From contig NGBS01000001.1 of assembly GCA_002245135.1 (NCBI GenBank), positions 496,001-560,000 on the forward strand: DNA of 64,000 nucleotides, read 5' to 3'. The notes under the pieces are model-generated. The model did not search any database. It worked only from the letters and a program-made list of their open reading frames with translations, and was not told the origin of the DNA. The stretch is from Proteromonas lacertae. Taxonomy: Eukaryota. Positions within the stretch are counted from its first letter, which is position 1. Every line of letters begins with the position of its first letter. This document shows, piece after piece, positions 56,396-64,000 of the stretch. The position numbers were made by a program, and so were the translations under genes.

Positions 56396-59300
56396 TTAAT
56401 TAGCTTCTTCTAAACGAGCAATCAATTCAGATTTCTTCCCACTTACATCTAATCCTTTCTTGGTTAATAATTCTTTTAATTGAACAACTGTCATTTTGTT
56501 ATAATCAACTTCACCATTTCCTTCTTCTTCTTTATCCTTCTTATCACCACTATCATCATTATTTTCTGAAGTATTTACTTCTTCAGAAACTTTTGATTCA
56601 GTTGAATTATCTTTACTGTTGAGTCTATCAATTAAATCTTGTTTCTTTCCATCAGTTGATAAACCTAATTCAGTTAACAACTCTTTTAGTTTAGGAACAG
56701 TCATTTTTGAATAATCCTTTTCTTCTGTTTCATCATCATTTTCAGTTGTTTTTTCTTCTTTCTTTTCTTCTTCTTTCTTTCCTTCTGTTGATCCATTTTG
56801 TGCATTTGTTAATCTTTCTATCAAATCAGCCTTCTTTCCCTCTGTACTTAACCCTTTCATTGTTAATAAATCTTTCAATTGATACACTGTCAATTTATTG
56901 TAATTCAAATCCATTTCTTCTTCATCATCATCTTCTTCATTCATCTTCTTATTTTCTTCTTCTTCTTCTTCTTCAACTGCTCTTGTTCTTTTCATTGCAG
57001 ATGTTCTACTTCTTGTAGCTGGTGTTCTAGCTGGAGTTCTTCCTGCAGCTGCTGTCCCTCTTGTTCTACTTCTTGTTGCTGGTGTTTTTGGTGTTGCTGC
57101 TTTTTTTGCTGGAGTTTCTTCAGTCTTATCCTCTTCTTCTTCTTCTTCTGTTTTTTCTTCTTTTGATTTTGCTGGTGTTCTTCCTCCTCTTCCTCTGCCT
57201 CTTCCTCTACCACCTCTGGTTGCTGGAGTTCTTGCTGTAGGTTTCTTTGCTGGTGTTTTTTCTTCATTATCATATTTCTCTTCTTTTTCTTCTTCTTCTT
57301 CATTTTCTTTTTCTTCCTCCTCTTTTTCTTCATTCTTTGCTGGTGTAGTTGCTTTTCTACCTCTTCCTCTTGTTATTGCTGGAGTTCTTCCTCCTCTTCC
57401 ACCTCTTCCTCGTTTAGCTGGTGTTTTAGCTTCAACTTCTTCTTTCTCTTCTTCTTTCTCTTTCTTATCATCATTTTCTTCTTCTTCCATCTTTTCTTCA
57501 TTTTCTTTTGGTTTATTATCTATTCCTTCTAATCTTGATATTAATTCCTTCTTATTACCAGATGTAGGTAATCCATGTTCTGATAATATCTTCTTTAACT
57601 CTACATTGGTCATATTCTCATATCCTAATTCAACTAACTCATGAACTTCAGAATTATTCAATGGATTATCAACTGGCTCATTATCTTTAACAGGTGTTGA
57701 TTTCTTTGTTGGTGATTTAGATGGAGATGTAACTATGTCTGCTGATTTCTCAGGTGATTTAACAGGTGATGCTTCTTTTACTGGAGATGGTTCTTTTTCT
57801 GGTGATTGTGTTTTTTCTGGTGTTGTTTTTGCTTTCTTTATTGATTCTTTATCTGGAGTTGTTGATTTTCTACTCCTTTTACTGGCTGTAGATGATGGTG
57901 TAGAAGTAGTAGTTGTTGCAGTATCTTCTTTCTTCTCTGGAGTAGTAGTAATTGATTTTGAGTTTCTACCTTTCTTCTTTGGTGGTTCAGCTGTAGTTTC
58001 ATTAACTTTTTCTTCTTCTTCTTTTTCTTCTTCAACTGCTGTTTCTTTATTCTCTTCCTCTTCTTCTTTTGAATTATTTTCATTTGATTTTCTACTTCTC
58101 TTTTTACCAGTTGACGTATTATTATTATTTTCCTCTAAATCTAATGATCTATTAGTTGGAGTATTTGTTAAACTTGGTCTACTACTACTATCACTAGTAC
58201 TATCACTAGTAGTAGTTGAATTCCTTGGTTGTATATCATCAATACTCCATCTTACATTATACTTCATATAAATAGGTGATTTATCAGGTGTAGGAAATGA
58301 TATTCTTGTACCTTCAAAAGGAACATGTGGGTAAAATGGTTTATATGGTGTAAATGTCACTTCTTCGTCTACTGGAGTGAAATCAACTTCATCTTCATAA
58401 TACTCTTCTACACAATATTGATTTAATTCATCAACATCTTCATCCCATTGTTTCATCATTTCTTCAATTGTTATATTTGAATCATTAGTCTTAGATACTT
58501 GATTATATGTCTCATAGACTGTATCTTTGACTTTAACAATTGGTGTATTATGTTCAGAATCCCATGTTACATTATATTTCTCATATACTCTTTCTTCAGG
58601 TTTAGTTGGTGTTTCAAATACAATTTTCTTATTTTGTGGTTGTTGTTGTTGGTGGTGGTGGATTTTCTTTTTCTTTTTCTTTCTCTTCTTCTTCTTTCTC
58701 ATCATCAGTATGTACTAATTCATAATAAGACCAACTGGAATTAGGATCATCTCCATTATTATCATCATCATTCACACTATCCATATAGAAATATTCAATA
58801 TTCTTATTCTCATTATCACTTTCTTCTAATGATTCCTTACTATTAGCTGATAATTGACTAGATAATGAAGGTGGTAATCCAACATGATAATCGAACTTTG
58901 GAGTTTCTAATTCATTACAAAAATCATCATTATTAAAACTATAATTTAATGATTTAGAGATAGTAAATGGAGTATTACATTCAGATACTAATGGTGATAA
59001 TTCAAAGGAAGCTCTTCTACTATCAATCTGTTTCTGTAATGATTCTGGTACACCTTGTTTTACTGGCGTAATTACTTTTTGTTTTAATACTGCTGATCTT
59101 AATAAACTACTATTACTATTATCTTTTGATTTCTTTGCAGATTGTTTCTTAATAGAACTTGGTGTAGATGATGGAGGTGGTAATATATAATCCTCTTGAT
59201 CCATAAAGGTTAATGAATTGATTATATTTGACTGTTTTGGCTTTGGAATTGATAATTTTTTAACAGATGAGTTTGATGAAGTTGATGGTTGATTTGGTGA

Positions 59301-59930
59301 CTTCAATATTTCTACTACTAATGAATGTCGATTTTTCTGTGGAGATTGTACACCTAATTGCAAAGATAATCTCTTCTGTTCAGTTGATAATTTTGGTTTG
59401 TTTATTATAGTTATTGATTTTGGTGTATTTGTGAGTGACTTAACTAAGGATTTATCTTCAGTTATTTTCTTTAAGATGATAGTCTTTCTAAATGGTGTTG
59501 ATACTGGTTGTTTTAATGATCCACGATTGGAACCTTTCTTCTTTGAAGAGGATTTTGTATTAACTGATTTTCTAGGTTTCATATTCTGGGGTGTTTGAGG
59601 TATAGAATTGATACTTGTGGCTTTAGTAAATAGAAAACTACGGTTTGCTATGGTTATCTTATCATTACTATGTAAAATGTATTCACCACTTATTGGCTTG
59701 TCATTAACAAAAGTCTGATGTTCATTTGATAAACTGAACAGTTTTACTTCACCATTTTCTGGTAGAATTCTAGCATGCTTATCTGATGTCTCTGTATTTG
59801 AAATCCTTATATCACAATCCAAATTCTGCCCAATTATAGTTTCTGAATGGATGGGGAATATTCCTCCTTGACTGCCATCTTTTTTAAGAACGACTAAACA
59901 TCCAGCAATTACAATATCTGTATCATTCAT
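56396..59930 (-). CDS. Ki-67-like FHA domain + disordered region + 4 SAP domains; +1 break at AAA-TAA 58629-58634
   Basis: LVVLKKDGSQGGIFPI..IGQNLDCDIRI..HARI (FHA); four xxMTVxxLKxxL..GLxxxGxKxxLIxRL SAP motifs; many TP/SP sites. Confidence 0.75.
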
Positions 59931-60077
59931 TGCTCTATTGGTGTAAAATTAGATATAGAGATAATATACAAATTTCAAACTTCTAATTATCAAAAGAAAA
60001 TCTACAAACGGGAAAAATGCAGATCAAATTTGAAATTGTTAGAATTTGTTAGATATCCCAGTTACTGTTTTTTTCTT

Positions 60078-60726
60078 ATGACTTTGTATTCTTTTCTCTT
60101 TTATACTCTAAAAGTGTATCACAAGAAAGAATTCTGTCAAATGTAAAGCCTGAATACCCACCACATCTTGGACCTGGAACTTATGATCCACCTTCAGATT
60201 TTGATATATCCAAATATAATCCTAGTAATAGTATAAGAGGACAGACTGCATTTTTATCGAGAGGTAGACCAGATGTATGATATTTTATAGTTATTGAACT
60301 TTAGCTTATAACTTCTGATGGTAAAGCATTGCTGAAATGTCCATTAGGTCAGAATCCAAATGTAGGACCTGGAGTATATGAGTATAATTGTTTGTGTTTT
60401 TAAATCTTAGAGAAATGGATACAATAGCTTATAATACGACAAATATTTATCGTCGTAATGCAATAAGAGCAAAACGGAATGATGTGTCTTGTGAAAGCTG
60501 GTATAAATAGATAATCGTAATTAATAATAAATAGTGAGATGATGAATGCTCTAGGAGAAACCAGACCAAAAGTTGAAATTAAATCATGTTATTCATCTCG
60601 TCCGAAAGATGTTAGACTAACACAACAACAAATTGAAGATGATATTGAAATGGTTAGAGGTATTGTTTTCTATTAATATTAATATTTATAGAATTACCAT
60701 CATATCCTAAACCTGAAGAGGATTGA
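60078..60726 (+). CDS. SHIPPO/PGP-repeat protein
   Basis: HLGPGTYD, AFLSRGR, NVGPGVYE; 5 GTAT introns; not in the ORF track. Confidence 0.65.
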
Positions 60727-60892
60727 GTAAATAATTATTTATTGATTTATCACTTAATTTCATAATTTATTCAATATGTGTATGTTATAGTCTTTTTTCG
60801 TAGCATATAAGAGTAGATAATATTAAATATACAATTCATTCCCTCTGAAATTAATATTTTGTTATTATTGCCGTTTCACGTTTTTTTTGAAA

Positions 60893-61323
60893 ATGCCTAG
60901 CTCTCCAGATGGAGTGACTATTAATTTTACATTTCCGAATATCGAAATAAAGAAATTAGAAATACATTTTCCTTATACAACTAAAGTTAGTGAGGTGATT
61001 AAGACTTTAATTGACAATTGGCCAAGTATTTATCGTTTCTAATATATTCTAGCTGCAAATGGTGTTCCAAAACTTGAACCTAATTGTAACATTAAATTGA
61101 TTTGCATGGGTTTAGGTTATTTAGATGATTCTAAAACACTTCAGAGTATTTTTGTTGAAAAATGATTTTTTATAATAGATGCTGAAGTTCCATACTTTAC
61201 TACTTCTAGTACACCAGTAGTTGTGATAGTAAGAGATAAAAAACAAGGTTCAAGTAGTATACTATTAAATCTTAATTTATTTTTATTCTATTAGGTGATA
61301 GTGGAGCTTGTATTCTGATGTAG
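60893..61323 (+). CDS. UBL3: Membrane-anchored ubiquitin-fold protein (UBL3/MUB)
   Basis: LIDNWP..IKLICMG..LDDSKTL..VP..TPV..ACILM* (CaaX); 3 introns. Confidence 0.75.
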
Positions 61324-61355
61324 TAAATTAGTTTAAGTCATTATTTAGTATTTAT

Positions 61356-61775
61356 TCATTTTTTATCAGTTTTGATTTCTTTTTGTTTGGCTTGCTCTCG
61401 TAATTGTGTTCGTTGTTCTTTTGATAATTGATTTCCTAGTTGAAAATTTATCATTCTGTTCATTGCTGAAACATTCACTTTTGGACGATTTGGTCTTTTA
61501 TTAACATTATTTGATTTGTCAGCAGGTTTAAAATTATCATCTTTTGCTTCTTTTATTTCTTTATCTATTGTTTTACTAGATTTCACTTCTTCTGTTGTTT
61601 TTGAAGTTGTTTCTTCTTGTTTTGTGTTTAAATCATCTAATTCTTTTCTTTTATGTGGTGGAATATATTTCTTAGTTGGCCTTTCTTCTTTATCTTCGCT
61701 AATCTTCAATTTCGATAGTTTTTCACTCAAATTATCTATTAGAAATATTAATTAAATAATAAAAATACCCTCCAT
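61356..61775 (-). CDS. Small basic protein with a YIPPHKR motif
   Basis: ME|DNLSEK after one intron; KKYIPPHKRKE; AMNRMINFQLG. Confidence 0.55.
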
Positions 61776-62332
61776 TAATATTATAAGAATGTAACTTTCG
61801 AGAAAAAAGAAAAACAAAAATGTGTTTGGCTTGTTATTTTATAGTCCTTACATAGTAATATTCTTTAAAATGAAAGTAAAAGTGTTATGTGTTGAAATAT
61901 TATGGTTTTATTGATGTACACGATTTAGCAGAAATAATGTTCAACTGAAAGAGTATAAAACTTCAAAATCTATATAATCTAAGTTCTATTAACTTTATTA
62001 ATTCATTTATTTACTATCATTTCCAAATATTCACAATATATTCTTTTTCTAATCGTTATTCTTCATTTCAATGTTATAGTATTTTTCTTCAACTTTCAAT
62101 ATATTTTGCATCAACACAACAAAATATGTAATGTTTTACTGTTCTATTTCATATACAAAAACTCTATAATGAAAAAATAAAATCAAGCTAAATTGAAGTA
62201 AAGGCTTGAAGTAGGGGGTTTATATTACAACTGGATTTTTTAATATTAATATCCTATTTAATTTTCTCTAAAATACAAGCCTACATTAAAGCTTGAGATA
62301 ATTTCATTATTATTTGTTGTTGATTAGAAGCA

Positions 62333-63021
62333 ATGGTCATCAAGTATAATATTATATACTTATATTTATTAATTTCATAATATATAAATCTATATATTAA
62401 ATATATCCAAACCTCATTATAACCACTTTTTATTTTTGTCAACTTATAGAACAATAAACTGCTCATTCTCTGAATACAGAATTTACCCAGCACATGGTAT
62501 TAACATGGTTAGACGTGATGGACAAGTATATCTGAAATTCTTTACAAAACTATAGCCACTCCAATTCTTAAACCATAAATGTACATGCATGTACTTACAA
62601 AGAAAGAAACCAGGACATTTAAGATGGTCACTTGCCTGGAGACGTTCAGTAAAGAAAATATCAGCTGTTGCTGCTAGTAGACGTGTAAGAAGAAGACGTG
62701 TTGTTGTACAAAGAGCTATTGTAGGTGCTTCATTAGAAAATATCAATAAGAGAAGAAATGAAACTCCAGAATTACGTAAAGCCCAACAAGAAGCTGCATT
62801 AAAGTATGATATATATATTAGTAATTCTTAATTCTATGAAATACAAATGATGGCTTATGAAACTTGAATACTGAATAAATTTGTGGAAAAATTTAAGCTG
62901 ATGTTTTTTTCTCATCTTATAAATTCTATTTATAAAATATTTATATACTTATTATCTTAATAGTGAAATTAAAAAGAGAAAACAAGAAAGAAAAGCTAAG
63001 AAAGCTGCTGGAAAGAAGTAA
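62333..63021 (+). CDS. RPL24: 60S ribosomal protein L24 (eL24)
   Basis: MVIKTINCSFSEYRIYPAHG..VRRDG..RKKPGHLRWSLAWRR..QRAIVGASLE; 3 introns. Confidence 0.92.
62841..62906 (+). ncRNA. Intronic box C/D snoRNA
   Basis: C-like ATGATG 62847, D' CTGA 62871, C' TGTGGA 62882, D CTGA 62898, short terminal stem; inside the unusually long (about 160 nt) last RPL24 intron. Confidence 0.7.
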
Positions 63022-63132
63022 TTTGATTATTGCTGTCAACAACATTATTGCTTTTGTTTTTTGGCTTTTTTTATTAATACCTAACAAATGAAATAATTAA
63101 ATTAAATCAAAATATAAATATCCAAACATACA

Positions 63133-63762
63133 CTATACATTTTCAAGTTTAATTTGTCTTTCCTTTGGTGATCTCCTCTTTAATTTATTCAATTGCTTGT
63201 GTGTAACTTTAGTAAAATCCCAATCATGATCTAATTTATCAGTTATCTCAATATTTATTCTTCTATTCAACAAATCATTTCTTGTTCTTCTAAACTGTCT
63301 TTCTGTTCTTGGACTTAAGAATCCTTCCTTTTCTAATTCTTCTATTACTGCCTGATCTTTCTTTAATAACGGAAGTAATTGTTTATTGAGTGTTTTTCTG
63401 GTTTTTATACATTTATTATTGATTATTATCTTTGCTGATCTTTTAGCTATTGGTTTTAATTCTTCATCTCTTGGATTGTATGGAATTAACTGTTCATAAT
63501 CACATGTATTGACAAATATAGAAGGAACAGGATCAATCACATCTTGAGGTTGCTGCCTATTAATAATATTACTAAAAAATTTATAAATACTTTACTGATC
63601 TTTGACATACAATTTCATGTCTCTGTTTTAAATAGTTCAGTCTCATTTGATAATCATTCAGTGGATTCCACTTTCTGACTTTCTTCCTATTAGATCCAAT
63701 ATATAATTATATTAATACGGCATTGTTGGAGGTTTGGGGGTTAATGTAGGCGGATTTGACAT
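63133..63762 (-). CDS. Hypothetical basic protein
   Basis: MSNPPTLTPKPP.. joined by two GTAT introns to ORF 63133-63540. Confidence 0.55.
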
Positions 63763-63836
63763 TTTTATAAATTTGAACGAAAATAAAAAACAGATGTTTT
63801 CATACACCTGTTTCATTTTAAATTTGAATATTTGAA

Positions 63837-64000
63837 ATGAATTCTTTGATAAAGCAGAGGATTGAGAAATATTTATCGCAAAAACTTTATGAGAATGGTA
63901 TATAACTCAATGATACTATTTGATAGTGTTTTTTATATGTGATAGAATTGATCCAACACATTCTAATGAACAAATATCCAATTATATAGCCCAATGCTAT
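63837..64000 (+). CDS. 5' end of a CDC27/APC3-like TPR protein
   Basis: MNSLIKQRIEKYLSQKLYEN|VFFICDRI..NYIAQCY resembles the Apc3 N-terminal pattern YxNAxFxxERL..AxCY. Confidence 0.55.

Noticed and set aside
61776..62332. Long gap upstream of RPL24
   Set aside because: AT-rich divergent promoter region; no ORF or RNA motif that I can support.
1..64000. CRISPR arrays, tRNA/rRNA genes, transposons
   Set aside because: None recognised.

Overview
A very AT-rich, gene-dense eukaryotic window. Tiny GTAT...YAG introns (mostly 24-45 nt), an rquA gene and double-domain cathepsin Z genes point to an anaerobic stramenopile of the Blastocystis/Opalinata type (inference). Bases 1-26.8 kb hold one giant secreted FN3/PA14/filamin protein gene (>8,900 aa, running off the window start). 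It is followed by rquA, YME1, UAP56, three tandem cathepsin Z copies, PP2A-A, CKAP2-like, Tctex1, DUF4833, EF-hand, ARM, syntaxin, PIG-U, a Ki-67-like FHA/SAP gene, SHIPPO, UBL3, RPL24 (with an intronic C/D snoRNA) and the start of CDC27. Main finding: after manual splicing, 12 reading-frame breaks remain in 6 genes. All are +1, none is -1/+2, several sit exactly on an in-frame stop codon, and most lie in linkers or loops. This suggests Euplotes-like +1 frameshifting at stop codons, but insertion-type assembly errors are a real alternative that must be excluded.
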